From a bacterium (GTDB taxonomy: Bacteria > Zhuqueibacterota > Zhuqueibacteria > Residuimicrobiales > Krinioviventaceae): 64,000 nt of DNA. Of this stretch, positions 46,927 to 57,364 are shown in pieces. The first letter of the stretch is position 1, and each line of letters opens with the position of its first letter. Where the stretch lies: the NCBI GenBank assembly GCA_029561455.1, contig JAKQIY010000064.1, positions 53,579 to 117,578 of the forward strand, read 5' to 3'. Below the pieces are notes generated by a model that had not been told where the DNA came from, ran no database searches, and saw nothing but the letters and a program-made list of their open reading frames with translations. A program made the position numbers and the translations under genes.

Positions 46927-48666
46927 CTAACGGATCAACGCTATTTTCCCTGGCCCAATTAATCCATCAGCTTCTATAAAAACCAGATAAATACCGGAAG
47001 CAACCGGTTCATTGTTTTCATTTGTTCCATCCCAAACATAACTATTTATTCCGTCCGGCTGCTTGCCAATAGCTGCTTTTTTGATTATTTTACCATTTTC
47101 ATTAAATATTGAAACCGTAATATCATCACCAATCTTTTCAAGTTGAAATAATATATTTACATTATTAAATTGTGACAAGTTGGCAGGATTGGGGAAAACC
47201 GCAATTATTTTATCCTCCAGTTGCGGGGTATTACCACGTGTTAATTGCATGGTAAAATTAGCATTACTTATAGTACTTGAAGCAGGCTTTTTTGCATAGA
47301 TTGGGATCAGCAATATATTGGACAATGCCCGAACATCGAGCAGATTTTTTATACCGTTGCCGCCACAGTAAGTATAATATGCGGGAGAATCGTAAGGCTC
47401 AACAATAACTGCATAAATCCAGTATTGTTGATCCGAAAAGGACGGGCGAATAGCATAATCTCCGCTTGCCGATGCAGTAATTCTGTAATAGTTAAAGCCC
47501 AGTTGGGTTACATCATCCTGAAATGACAAGGTGTTGTTTACTTCATAACTGCCCTGCTCCTTTAATTGTGGATAATAGTTCCCTTCAGGATAAAAAAGTA
47601 TCGTATCAGCCCTGGCGCCGGTATAGTAATTCCAAATTGCAAAATCTGCTAATTCATAATTGAGGTTACTACCCAGCATTGCCAGCGATTGTTCGATAGC
47701 CTCGTAAGGTTCGGAATCGATAAACTGTTCCCAGATTTGTTTGGTTATTGAACGGCTATACTTTTTTTCCAAATAATGAAAAAAAATGCACATGGCATAC
47801 TCATGAGCCCCGTCGATCTGGCTGAATGAATAATAAGGATAATTGAAAAAATAGGGCAAGTAATTATAATAATCGTTAACGTCATCAAAAACAACATCCT
47901 CCATCCAGGCGGCAGTAGCTTCAAATAAAAAAATAGAATTTGCTTCGGTATTCATAAAAACACGATACCCAAACTGGATGAGGTGAAAAAATTCATGGGC
48001 GGCTGTAACCTGGATTGCACCTAGGCCCTTGGTCAAAGTATGAGTAAAATCATTATCCATTTCAATCCAGCCGGTATAGTCGTCTCGTGTTGTCGAGGTT
48101 ACAGGGTTTTCCGGGGTTGAGGCGCCATAATCTCCAAAATTATAAACATAAATATCATATTCCGGGTTTTCAGGATCGTCCACTGGCGGGGGCATGAATC
48201 CCAATATATTGACTTCATAATTATAAGAATAATCAAAGGACAGGGCGACATTGTTAATAAACTCGTCAGTAGCAGCATCAGGTCCATTTTGTGTGAAATG
48301 GATCTTGAACAAACCGCTCGGACTGACTAGCGATAGTTCCAACCGATCGAATGACGGACGATTAAAATAATGTTGATAACCCTCCTGTTGTTCTGCTGTT
48401 AAACCGGGCCAGAGTGATAGTAATTGTAATTTTAAACCGGTTGCGGTGCGGGAAATTTCAGGTAGTAAAGCTTGGTATTTTAACGACAGGGTTTCGGGAT
48501 GGTAAATTGCTTGTAATTGATAATCAATATAGTCTGATGTGGTAATTGCGCCGGCGTTCAGCTCTTCGTTAAGCAAATAGAAAAACGCCTGTTGATTTGA
48601 TGCTGAAAAAATCGGCGAATAACACAGTAGAATTAAAAACAATGTTTTGACTAACTTACAGGCCAT
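46927..48666 (-). CDS. Secreted zinc metalloprotease (MXAN_6640-like) with FlgD-Ig/T9SS-type C-terminal domain
   Basis: Signal peptide; TAAHEFFHLIQFGY...EATAAWMED; C-terminal FPNP...WDGTNENNEPVASGIYL. Confidence 0.8.
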   Translation of the reverse strand: MACKLVKTLFLILLCYSPIFSASNQQAFFYLLNEELNAGAITTSDYIDYQLQAIYHPETLSLKYQALLPEISRTATGLKLQLLSLWPGLTAEQQEGYQHYFNRPSFDRLELSLVSPSGLFKIHFTQNGPDAATDEFINNVALSFDYSYNYEVNILGFMPPPVDDPENPEYDIYVYNFGDYGASTPENPVTSTTRDDYTGWIEMDNDFTHTLTKGLGAIQVTAAHEFFHLIQFGYRVFMNTEANSIFLFEATAAWMEDVVFDDVNDYYNYLPYFFNYPYYSFSQIDGAHEYAMCIFFHYLEKKYSRSITKQIWEQFIDSEPYEAIEQSLAMLGSNLNYELADFAIWNYYTGARADTILFYPEGNYYPQLKEQGSYEVNNTLSFQDDVTQLGFNYYRITASASGDYAIRPSFSDQQYWIYAVIVEPYDSPAYYTYCGGNGIKNLLDVRALSNILLIPIYAKKPASSTISNANFTMQLTRGNTPQLEDKIIAVFPNPANLSQFNNVNILFQLEKIGDDITVSIFNENGKIIKKAAIGKQPDGINSYVWDGTNENNEPVASGIYLVFIEADGLIGPGKIALIR

Positions 48667-48679
48667 GCAGAGAACGCTC

Positions 48680-49996
48680 TCAGTTCTTTTTTCTAAACAA
48701 TATTTTTACCGGCACGCCCGTAAAACCAAACTGGCTGCGAAATTGATTTTCCAGAAAATTCCTGTAATTCTTTTTTACTCCTTTGGGTTCATTGGTAAAA
48801 ATCACAAACACCGGCGGAGCGGTTTTAACCTGGGTGACATAATTCAACTTGATATATTTATCGCCAAAGGCCGGAGGATGATGCTGTGCTACAATGTCTT
48901 CCAAAAATTTATTCAACTCTACAGTTTTTAATTGTTTTTGTCTTTCATTGAATACGGAAATTGCCATATCGATCAATTTGAAAACCCGTTGTTTTGTAAG
49001 CGCTGAAATGAACATAATCGGTACATAACTGATATCACGAAATGAATATTTTATATCCAGTTCAAACTTGCGGGCGGTCATGGTGTCTTTTTCAACCAGA
49101 TCCCATTTATTGACGCCAATGACTAAACCTTTGCCTTCATCAACAGCATTTTTAATGATCTTTTTATCCTGATCGGTAATACCCTGGGTGGCATCAAGCA
49201 GAACGATGGCGACATCGCAACGATGCAGGGCATTGATAGTACGGACAGTGCTAAAATATTCAATACTTTCGGTGACCCGGGATTTTTTTCGTAGTCCGGC
49301 AGTATCAATCAAAGTCAGAGTTTGATTTTGATATTTTACTTCCGTATCTATGGAATCACGGGTAGTACCGGCTATTTCGGTAACAATAAGTTTATTCTGC
49401 CCGAGTATGGCATTAACATAAGATGATTTGCCCACATTGGGTCTGCCCAATACCGTGATCTTGATCGTTTCGGGACGGAGAGTAATACGGGCATTTTTAC
49501 CGGGGAATTGTTCCAAAACCTGGTCAAGCATGTTACCAATATTGCGTCCTGCCATGGCTGAAATAGCCACCGGGTCACCAAGACCGAGACGGTAAAAGTC
49601 GAGCGCATCCAGTTCGCGCTGGCCGTTATCCACCTTGTTGACCGCCAGAATTATCTTCCGCCCTGATTTTTTTAACATGGCGGCTATTTCTTCATCGAGA
49701 GGCGTTACACCCGTTGTAACATCCGTTACAAAAACGATGACATCGGCTTCATGGATGGCCTGGCCGACCTGTTCGCGGATTGCCCGCTCAAAAACATCAT
49801 CGGAATCCGGCACATATCCGCCGGTGTCTAAAAGCTCAAAATCCACACCTGCCCAATCAGTCAGTGAATAATTACGATCCCGGGTTACACCCGACGTATC
49901 GTCGACAATAGCTTCACGTTTTCTTAAAATGCGATTGAATAAAGTCGATTTACCAACATTAGGGCGGCCAAGTATAGCGACAATTGGAATTTTCAT
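48680..49996 (-). CDS. der: Ribosome biogenesis GTPase Der
   Basis: Two GRPNVGKS P-loops; DTGG/DTAG; NKVD/NKWD; KH-like C-terminus. Confidence 0.97.
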   Translation of the reverse strand: MKIPIVAILGRPNVGKSTLFNRILRKREAIVDDTSGVTRDRNYSLTDWAGVDFELLDTGGYVPDSDDVFERAIREQVGQAIHEADVIVFVTDVTTGVTPLDEEIAAMLKKSGRKIILAVNKVDNGQRELDALDFYRLGLGDPVAISAMAGRNIGNMLDQVLEQFPGKNARITLRPETIKITVLGRPNVGKSSYVNAILGQNKLIVTEIAGTTRDSIDTEVKYQNQTLTLIDTAGLRKKSRVTESIEYFSTVRTINALHRCDVAIVLLDATQGITDQDKKIIKNAVDEGKGLVIGVNKWDLVEKDTMTARKFELDIKYSFRDISYVPIMFISALTKQRVFKLIDMAISVFNERQKQLKTVELNKFLEDIVAQHHPPAFGDKYIKLNYVTQVKTAPPVFVIFTNEPKGVKKNYRNFLENQFRSQFGFTGVPVKILFRKKN

Positions 49997-50005
49997 GTTT
50001 TGTAT

Positions 50006-50770
50006 TTATTTCTCTGCGTTTATATCTCTTTCCTTATTCCACACAACCCAGTCCAATGTCGCATCTTTTGCTTCGTCAAATTTGGACTTGGCATATTTAC
50101 CATCCGGGCGAACTACGATTTGAAAACCCTGTATGATCTGAACCCAGGTTTCCAGGCTAACTTCATAGGGTGGTGGCACTTCAAAGGGACCCGGTACTTC
50201 TACCGGCTGCAAGCTGTTCGTTGGCACAGGAGGTTGATTTCCCCAGTTTTGCAAAGGTCCGACATCTACTTTACCGTCATAAACCAGGCAGGTGGTAGAG
50301 GAATCACTATCTATTCTGTATATGGTACCCCTCACTGCACATACGGCAGTGGGTGTTTTAATTTGAAATTCATCAGCTGGCTTGGACGATTTGTTAACGT
50401 TTAACCAGACCCGGCCTTGTAAGAGTTCGGAGCGAACACTTTTTTTATAATCATCAATAGAACTTTCAACAAAGCAAAAAACCGTATTCTCACCTATGCG
50501 AATGATGCTTTTATCATCCAGGGTCACTTCACAGCGCGATTCGGCAGCGGTTTTTATTTTATCTTCCCGGTATATGGAACTGGTGAGTTTAATACTTTGC
50601 CAAACATTCAAGTTTTTGTGTTGTATCTGTACATCATTTGCGCCGCCAAGTACAAATGTAACTTTGCCAATTCGCTTCTCGTTTGTGGCGCCACCGGTGA
50701 CCGGATTATTTTTTAAAGTCAGGCATGTAATAATTAAAAGAAAAATTATCAATGTTTTTCTGTTCATCAT
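50006..50770 (-). CDS. Exported FecR-domain protein
   Basis: Signal peptide; EDKIKT...SRCEVTLDDKSIIRIGENT; IKTPTAVCAVRGT. Start moved to 50770. Confidence 0.82.
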   Translation of the reverse strand: MMNRKTLIIFLLIITCLTLKNNPVTGGATNEKRIGKVTFVLGGANDVQIQHKNLNVWQSIKLTSSIYREDKIKTAAESRCEVTLDDKSIIRIGENTVFCFVESSIDDYKKSVRSELLQGRVWLNVNKSSKPADEFQIKTPTAVCAVRGTIYRIDSDSSTTCLVYDGKVDVGPLQNWGNQPPVPTNSLQPVEVPGPFEVPPPYEVSLETWVQIIQGFQIVVRPDGKYAKSKFDEAKDATLDWVVWNKERDINAEK

Positions 50771-51066
50771 AATGGCCTCAATCTTTAAAATATTTCTAAA
50801 TAATTCCCTGATCGCGCGACTTTTAAGCATCACTAAATATTGTGTAATATTTGTTAAACCTGTATCAGGAAAATTTTAAATTGTGCAAAGTAATTTTAAA
50901 TTACAATATAAAAAAAAACCGTTAATTTAAAAAGTCATTTATACAATTTACCTGATTAATGTATTGACAGATATTACAAACCAATATTTTTGGTTGTACG
51001 TTCAAAAACTTCTCATACTGTAAATACATAATCCTTATACATACTGAAACCGGTTTGCCAAATATC

Positions 51067-51107
51067 AAAAAAAAAGGAGAAGGTGACTGTTGAGCAAACC
51101 TTCTCCC
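51067..51107 (-). terminator. Intrinsic terminator after the CsgG-like gene
   Basis: GGAGAAGGT...ACCTTCTCC stem followed by T9 on the minus strand. Confidence 0.75.
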
Positions 51108-51130
51108 TTGAATATTAAACCAGATGGTGG

Positions 51131-52066
51131 TTATTTCATTCGTACCATATCATTTCTGGCGAAACCGGTTCCTGATATAGCTACACATTCGGAAGCTTTA
51201 CCGTTTCCAATGTTATTGTTGGTTACTTTGATCCTACCGATTTCAGCTTCTGTGGTACCTAACGAGAGACCGGTATCGGGATCGACCAGTTCTTCACCGG
51301 CGCGGATGACAACTAATTCATCACCGATATTGACGCCTCCCAGGGCGCCGGAATTGATGATGATTTTGGGCGAGACGGTAACAATTTTAGCCTGCCAGGG
51401 TATGTTTTCAACAACGCCATCACAAAAAGTAACAATTTCATTAATAGCGTCACGGGTAGCCTTACCAACGATAGATTCGTCAAACTGGCTTTGATTTTCA
51501 AAATTAAACTTGTCGGTATCCAGGGAAACGCCTTTTTTGGAATTTTCTTTACGGATGCTTTCCGCTTTAAGTATTTCACCGGTTGTAGTATTGACAAAAC
51601 GAATATCAATACCGACAGTAGCTTTGGAGCTTTTTATTCCGACGCCAAACCCCATATTATTAAGCCGACCGCCGGTAGAGCCTTCGGAATAACCAAATTC
51701 GGTAACCGAACCAAAAATGGCCAGTTCAACGCCCAGCATTTTTCCAACCTGGGCGGCGGTTTCCTGGGTCACAATACCACTTTGTCCCAGATTTTGTTCT
51801 TCCAACACCTTATTCATTTCCTGGCGTTCCATCACCTGGTATTTACCGGTTTTAACCAGCGCGGTCACCAGCATATCGGCCATACCTTCGCCAACCGGCT
51901 GGCCGGTCCACCAGTGATAATTGTGACTGGATTTATCATCAAAGCTGAAAACTGCAACGCGTTTTTTTAACTGTTTTTTATCATCGGCAGCATTACCACC
52001 AGCTATCGAGAGACAAAAGAATACAAAAACCAATACAGCGATCTTTTTACTAATAGAATTTACCAT
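51131..52066 (-). CDS. CsgG/HfaB-like protein with FlgT C-terminal-like domain
   Basis: KKRVAVFSF, GMADMLVTALVKTGKYQVMER, GSVTEFG, DIRFVNTTTGEI; C-terminal INSG..GV.IGD...DPDTG..LG. Confidence 0.82.
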   Translation of the reverse strand: MVNSISKKIAVLVFVFFCLSIAGGNAADDKKQLKKRVAVFSFDDKSSHNYHWWTGQPVGEGMADMLVTALVKTGKYQVMERQEMNKVLEEQNLGQSGIVTQETAAQVGKMLGVELAIFGSVTEFGYSEGSTGGRLNNMGFGVGIKSSKATVGIDIRFVNTTTGEILKAESIRKENSKKGVSLDTDKFNFENQSQFDESIVGKATRDAINEIVTFCDGVVENIPWQAKIVTVSPKIIINSGALGGVNIGDELVVIRAGEELVDPDTGLSLGTTEAEIGRIKVTNNNIGNGKASECVAISGTGFARNDMVRMK

Positions 52067-52097
52067 GTGCATCCTCAACTAGTTTATAAAATATTGT

Positions 52098-53315
52098 TTA
52101 CTCCGGCAATACGGAATCGGGATTGGCATTGGTTCTGGCCCGAACGGCGCGCAACGTTACTTTATTTTGCGTTGCTCCGGTTACAGCAAGGTTATATTCA
52201 CCAACTGCCCGTTGATCAAGTTCGCGGGCCAGTTGTTCGGCATTGCCAGATATTTTTATATCAAATTCTGCCGTACCGGCGGCAACATTACGCTGAAAAA
52301 CTGATTTTACGCCACGAGCGGTAAATTGTAATGCGTTTTTAAAATTCGAAGCTTCAGTATAATTTTCCAATCCGGTTATTACCAGTTTCACATCATTAAG
52401 ACTATAAAATTTACTACGCCATTTTTCCAGAATTTTGGTGATCAGTTCATCAGCCAGGGCATTGGCGGCTTTTTCAATAGCCATTGTGCCTCCCGTTACC
52501 TCATCAATATGAGGATATGCCGCATGTTTACTGCTGGTAGCGATTATAGTACCCACATCAGCATCTACAACCCTGGCGTTAATATTTGCCTGGCAGGATT
52601 TCATCCCGCCAAGGTTGATACCGGTAGCGACCTTGGCAACAGCTTTACCGGTGATAATTACCTCTGCTTCCAGCGCCTGGGCAATGCTTTGGGCGGCTTT
52701 GGTATCGCCGTTGATTGCCGCAATGATAGAATCGCGCTGTTTATTGCCGCGAATAGTTGCCGGATCGACAACACTAAAGTTCTTTTCCAAAAACTTGTTA
52801 TTCAATGCGGTTTCGGAGGCGGTCATATTTACTTCAAAATAATGGTACTGAGTACTCACTTCACCAACATTAGCCTCATCAATCATGATCATAACGCGGG
52901 GATTACCCATACCCTGAAGCAGATTCTGCACCGCATCAGCGTCGCTGGCGAGATTAGTCATATCAACCGTTGCCTGAATGAGCGCTTCATAGGTTTCAGG
53001 AGTCTTCTTACCCTCGGAAATGATCTGGTAATTTTTTACATACCCGCGGCTCCAGTTGAGAATCCGGTCTTCAACGACCATATAATTTTCAACCTTGGTC
53101 TGGGCGTCGATATATGTACCCAGGGTTTGTTCAACAGCTTTGCGCAAGGCATCGTCGATTGCCCGGTCACGGGCGGCGGCAACATCATCATACATAATTG
53201 CGCCTACACCAATACTTTGCACAACCTGGGTTGGCGCCGTACCCTGGGCAAAAAGCAAACTGCCGGACAAACATATTAATGAAATAACTGCAACATATAA
53301 AGTTAATTTTTTCAC
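52098..53315 (-). CDS. FlgT N-terminal-domain protein with TolB-N/CsgG-like middle domain
   Basis: AARDRAIDDALRKAVEQTLG...SRGYVKNY; NPRVMIMI. GTG start at 53315 after GGAGA. Confidence 0.75.
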   Translation of the reverse strand: MKKLTLYVAVISLICLSGSLLFAQGTAPTQVVQSIGVGAIMYDDVAAARDRAIDDALRKAVEQTLGTYIDAQTKVENYMVVEDRILNWSRGYVKNYQIISEGKKTPETYEALIQATVDMTNLASDADAVQNLLQGMGNPRVMIMIDEANVGEVSTQYHYFEVNMTASETALNNKFLEKNFSVVDPATIRGNKQRDSIIAAINGDTKAAQSIAQALEAEVIITGKAVAKVATGINLGGMKSCQANINARVVDADVGTIIATSSKHAAYPHIDEVTGGTMAIEKAANALADELITKILEKWRSKFYSLNDVKLVITGLENYTEASNFKNALQFTARGVKSVFQRNVAAGTAEFDIKISGNAEQLARELDQRAVGEYNLAVTGATQNKVTLRAVRARTNANPDSVLPE

Positions 53316-53396
53316 AGTTATATCTCCACTTTCAATAATTAGATAAACAGATAGCAAAAGTAAACCGGGCAGTTATTCTAACCGCCCGGTTAATAC

Positions 53397-54551
53397 TTAA
53401 AAAGTCATACGGAGGGCATTTTGAAAATCACGGATAATCAATAACGCATCGGCTCCGGATACCGTTGTATTCATGTTAAAAGCACCCGTCATTTTATCGG
53501 CGGACATAATTCCACGATCTACGGTCAAACAAATAGCATTGTATGCAAAATGTGAAGGATTAACATCGGGGAACCGGGACTGTGTGCCGATATATTTGGT
53601 TGCCAGGGTTTCGTCGCTTGTTGCCATGATCAAAATATTCTGAATTAATTGCGCATAATTAGCGCGGGTAATTTTATCATCCGGACGGAATGTGTGATCC
53701 GGGAATACATCCATACCTTTGGCTTTAACGATATCATTTATCCAGTTTTTGGCCCAATGAGTATCTACATCCGTGGCGTCGGCCATAAAAGTAGTTTCAC
53801 TGGTTTGCATCTTGGTCGGATCATCCGGGGCTTTGAAACCGGTATCATATTCCTGCGGACGTTTCTTTTCAAATATCTCTAACAGTTTCAACTCTTCAAT
53901 GAACAATACAGCAAGATCGGCGCGATCAATTTCCTTGATCAAAGCGATTTTGGCGCCAATTTTAGTGCCAGGCGCAGCCCGTACTATCTTTTGCACCAAC
54001 GACCATTCTTCATTAGCGTCTTTGGCAAAATCACCCTTCATACCGACTACCTGACTGAAAACACCTTCAGATTCGCGGAACATATAGGCGTTTTTATAAG
54101 CAATACCTTTGTAATACAAAGGCTTATCGCTATTCGGATTGATTTTGGATGCTTTATCAAATTCTTTTACCGCATCTTCAACCCAGTTATCGCCCTTACG
54201 TTCGGCAACATAAATACGCCCTTTGATTACGCGGGCATCGAGTGAATTACCGTTTTTACCCAAACCTTTATCGGCAAACTCATGCGCCTTTTTAAAATCA
54301 CCACGGGCAGCCCAAACCAAACCGATACCGGAATAGCCTTCGGCAAAATTGGGATTGAGTTGTACAGCCTTGGTAAATTCACCTTCCGCATTATTAAAAT
54401 TACCGCGATCAAATTCACGCATTCCCTGGCTATAGTGATTCTCCGGGGTTTCAAGCACAGAGGCCGGTTTTATCGGTTTTGGACCGCAGCCGAAAGCGAT
54501 CATCATGATTAACAAACAAATCGGCAACAGGATTAACAGTTTTATTTTCAT
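53397..54551 (-). CDS. TPR + S-layer homology (SLH) lipoprotein
   Basis: Lipobox IAFGC; TPRs; SLH repeats DVDTHWAKNWI...TFRPDDKITRANYA and FPDVNPSHFAYNAI. Confidence 0.85.
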   Translation of the reverse strand: MKIKLLILLPICLLIMMIAFGCGPKPIKPASVLETPENHYSQGMREFDRGNFNNAEGEFTKAVQLNPNFAEGYSGIGLVWAARGDFKKAHEFADKGLGKNGNSLDARVIKGRIYVAERKGDNWVEDAVKEFDKASKINPNSDKPLYYKGIAYKNAYMFRESEGVFSQVVGMKGDFAKDANEEWSLVQKIVRAAPGTKIGAKIALIKEIDRADLAVLFIEELKLLEIFEKKRPQEYDTGFKAPDDPTKMQTSETTFMADATDVDTHWAKNWINDIVKAKGMDVFPDHTFRPDDKITRANYAQLIQNILIMATSDETLATKYIGTQSRFPDVNPSHFAYNAICLTVDRGIMSADKMTGAFNMNTTVSGADALLIIRDFQNALRMTF

Positions 54552-54587
54552 TACAAATCTCCCATAAAAGTTTAGTATTGTGAAACG

Positions 54588-55511
54588 TTAATCAACAATA
54601 AACATAACTTTGCATTTATCAAGGAAATTCTGGGTAGCTGCCGCATTTCTGATCATCGCAGCATCATTGTTGGAAACGACAATATCGGCCTTATTAGCGC
54701 CGGAAGCCTTGATACCTTTTACTACCAGCGGATTATTGGTAACACGATCGTTGCTCTTCGCACGGGTCACATCTTTATCATAGCCAACCATACCGATCTG
54801 TACTGCCCAATCTCTGCTGACATATTTGGAACCATAAATTTCCTGTCCGGATTCATCGACTACTTTGGGAGCCATTGCAGGACGTATGCCCAAACCTTTG
54901 GCATCAATTACCAGTCCGGTAAAAACACCGCCAGCGCTTGTTTGAGTGGCTGGAGCCTGACCGGGATTGATTGGGGCAATTAATTTATAACCATCGGGAA
55001 CCGGTTTGTCTATTGGCCATAATTGACCATAAGCCGGTGCAGCGCCCAGAGTTGTGGCTATTGGGGTACCGCCCATTTGCTGCGGTAATATTGCATCCGA
55101 TAATGCGCCGGTGATCGGCATTTCCACGGTTACTTCAATATCGCCGGTGGACATGTATTTGGTATCGATTACTGTAAAACCACGCACTACTCCCTGCACA
55201 CGGGTATTAATAACATCGTTTTCCATCATAGCATTGCGAACTGTAGTCTCGGAGTTAATGGACATACCCTGAATGGTTTCAATTAAATTACGTAAAGCTA
55301 CTCTTTTGGCGGCTTCAATTGCGCTGGCTCTTTGTGCGGCTTGCGGTAAATTGGGATTAGGAGCGCCTATACCTGTAGAACGGATAATCTGCGAAGACCA
55401 ATCAACCGATCCGGCATCGCCAACAGCTTGATTTACATATTGTGCACTTGTGAAACTGGTTAAAGCTAATAACATTACTGTTATTGTTAAAAAAAGACTT
55501 TTTAAATTCAT
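54588..55511 (-). CDS. LPP20/FlgP-like exported protein
   Basis: GSVDWS..IIRSTGIG, AIEAAKRVALRNLIETIQG, FTGLVIDAKG...PAMAP. Start 55511 after AAGGAGG. Confidence 0.75.
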   Translation of the reverse strand: MNLKSLFLTITVMLLALTSFTSAQYVNQAVGDAGSVDWSSQIIRSTGIGAPNPNLPQAAQRASAIEAAKRVALRNLIETIQGMSINSETTVRNAMMENDVINTRVQGVVRGFTVIDTKYMSTGDIEVTVEMPITGALSDAILPQQMGGTPIATTLGAAPAYGQLWPIDKPVPDGYKLIAPINPGQAPATQTSAGGVFTGLVIDAKGLGIRPAMAPKVVDESGQEIYGSKYVSRDWAVQIGMVGYDKDVTRAKSNDRVTNNPLVVKGIKASGANKADIVVSNNDAAMIRNAAATQNFLDKCKVMFIVD

Positions 55512-55931
55512 TGCATTACCCTCCTTCATAAGAAGTTGTTATTTAATTAAAGAGTCTTTTGTTTTCTTTGTCATTTAATTGTACTATTAAATATCATTCA
55601 AGCGGGTGATTATCATCACAAAAAAGCATTATTTGCCTGTTTGTTGGCTTTGGTTTTTCAAATGAATGTAACAATATTTTGCGTTCCCTTATTTCTGTTA
55701 TAATTAAATTAGTCAAGATAGACATAATTGTCAAGTTATATTTGCATTTATCAATATTATGTCTAAATTTATATTGACACCATTGGTGCGGTTACCGGTT
55801 GTAGTGATATTAACAAAAGAAAACACGTAATAAAAAAGGACTGGTTTTTACCTGTATAACCGGTTGTTTACACACTTAACTTTGATAATAACTAAAACTT
55901 TTCTCATTGTCAAATAACACAGGAGCGTTCT

Positions 55932-57194
55932 ATGGCAGATCGAATTGGCGTTGGTTTTGTTGGCGCAGGTTTTAATACAAATTTTCACATTAAATCATGG
56001 CAGGGTGTTCGTTATGCCGATGTTAAAGGCATAGCCGACCCCAACCTGGCCAGGGCAAAGGCTACTGCGCAAGAGTGTAAAAAACTGCGGGTTGGCGACC
56101 CCAAAGTATATGCCGATGTTGCGGAAATGGTTACCGATCCGGCTATTGATGCGATCTGGATCTGTTCACCCAATTATACCCGCCTGGATGTAATGGAAAA
56201 GATTTACAAGGCCGTAAAATCCGGAAAATCAAAACTCATCGGTCTTGCCTGCGAAAAACCGTTGGCGCGGAATGCGGCTGAAGCGGAAAAAATGCTGGAA
56301 ATGGTTGAAGACCTGGGCTTGCTGCACGGTTACCTCGAAAACCAGGTATTCTCCCCTTCCGTAAATCGCGGTAAAGAGATCATTTGGCGGCGCGGAGCCA
56401 GCGTAGCCGGACGCCCTTACCTGGCGCGCTGCGCCGAAGAACACGGCGGTCCGCATGAACCCTGGTTCTGGGATGGCGAACGACAGGGCGGCGGGGTGCT
56501 GAACGATATGATGTGTCATAGCATCGAAGCGGCGCGCCACCTGTTGACCGACCCATCCAAACCGAAAAGTAATATCCGCCCGGTTTCAGTAAATGCAGAG
56601 ATTGCCACTTTAAAATGGTCCAGGCCGGAATATATTAACATTCTCAAAGAGCGTTCAACCGGACAAATTGATTATGGCAAAGCGCCGGCAGAAGATTTCG
56701 CCCGCGCCAATGTCAATTTTACAGACGAACAAGGCAATATCATGGTTGCCGAAGTGACCACCTCCTGGTGTTTTATGGGGCCGGGTCTGCGTCTCAGTTT
56801 TGAATTGATCGGGCCGGAATATTATATGCAGGTCAATACTCTCAATCCCGATCTGAACATCTTTTTTAGCAGGAACATCGTTGGTAAGGAAGGCGAAGAC
56901 CTGGTAGAAAAACAGTCCGCTGAACAGGGACTAATGCCGGTGGTCGCCAGTGAAGGTATCGTCTACGGCTATACCGACGAGGATCGTTATATGGTAGAAT
57001 GTTTCCTGGATGGTAAAATGCCGGAAGAAAACTGGCATGACGGGTTATTGGTAACCCAGATTCTAATGACTGCCTACAAGTCCAGCGAACTGGGTAATAA
57101 AATTGCTTTCGATGCCAAAGCGATAAAGAATTATGTCCCCAATGTCGCCAAACGTTTATACACCGCTCAGGATGCTTTGAAAACCGCCCGCTAA
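55932..57194 (+). CDS. Gfo/Idh/MocA NAD(P)-dependent oxidoreductase
   Basis: VGAGF, CEKPLA, GGGVLNDMMCH; AGGAG RBS. Confidence 0.9.
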   Translation: MADRIGVGFVGAGFNTNFHIKSWQGVRYADVKGIADPNLARAKATAQECKKLRVGDPKVYADVAEMVTDPAIDAIWICSPNYTRLDVMEKIYKAVKSGKSKLIGLACEKPLARNAAEAEKMLEMVEDLGLLHGYLENQVFSPSVNRGKEIIWRRGASVAGRPYLARCAEEHGGPHEPWFWDGERQGGGVLNDMMCHSIEAARHLLTDPSKPKSNIRPVSVNAEIATLKWSRPEYINILKERSTGQIDYGKAPAEDFARANVNFTDEQGNIMVAEVTTSWCFMGPGLRLSFELIGPEYYMQVNTLNPDLNIFFSRNIVGKEGEDLVEKQSAEQGLMPVVASEGIVYGYTDEDRYMVECFLDGKMPEENWHDGLLVTQILMTAYKSSELGNKIAFDAKAIKNYVPNVAKRLYTAQDALKTAR

Positions 57195-57209
57195 AACTCT
57201 CCCACTTGA

Positions 57210-57241
57210 AATTTCAGCCGCCTGAAAAGGCGGCTGAAATT
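57210..57241. terminator. Strong hairpin/terminator
   Basis: AATTTCAGCCGCCT-GAAA-AGGCGGCTGAAATT, 14-bp perfect stem with a GNRA loop. Confidence 0.75.
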
Positions 57242-57288
57242 AATTACCCGGTTAGCTTGTTAATAAACAACAATTCCCGGGCTCTACA

Positions 57289-57315
57289 GAACTTTTACGT
57301 AACCTGTACGTTTTA
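57289..57315 (+). promoter_or_regulatory. ECF autoregulatory promoter candidate
   Basis: GAAC-N16-CGTTTT directly upstream of the ECF sigma gene. Confidence 0.55.
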
Positions 57316-57364
57316 GTGTTTGAAGACGGAGCTGCGACTATTTCCCTATTGTAAGGAAGTATTA

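Noticed and set aside
51131-52066. Curli biogenesis system
   Set aside because: No csgA/B/E/F-like genes or curlin repeats nearby.
52509-53279. 256-aa antisense ORF (also 23840-24418, 29577-30152, 62657-63244 and similar)
   Set aside because: Antisense to well-supported genes with no recognizable domains.
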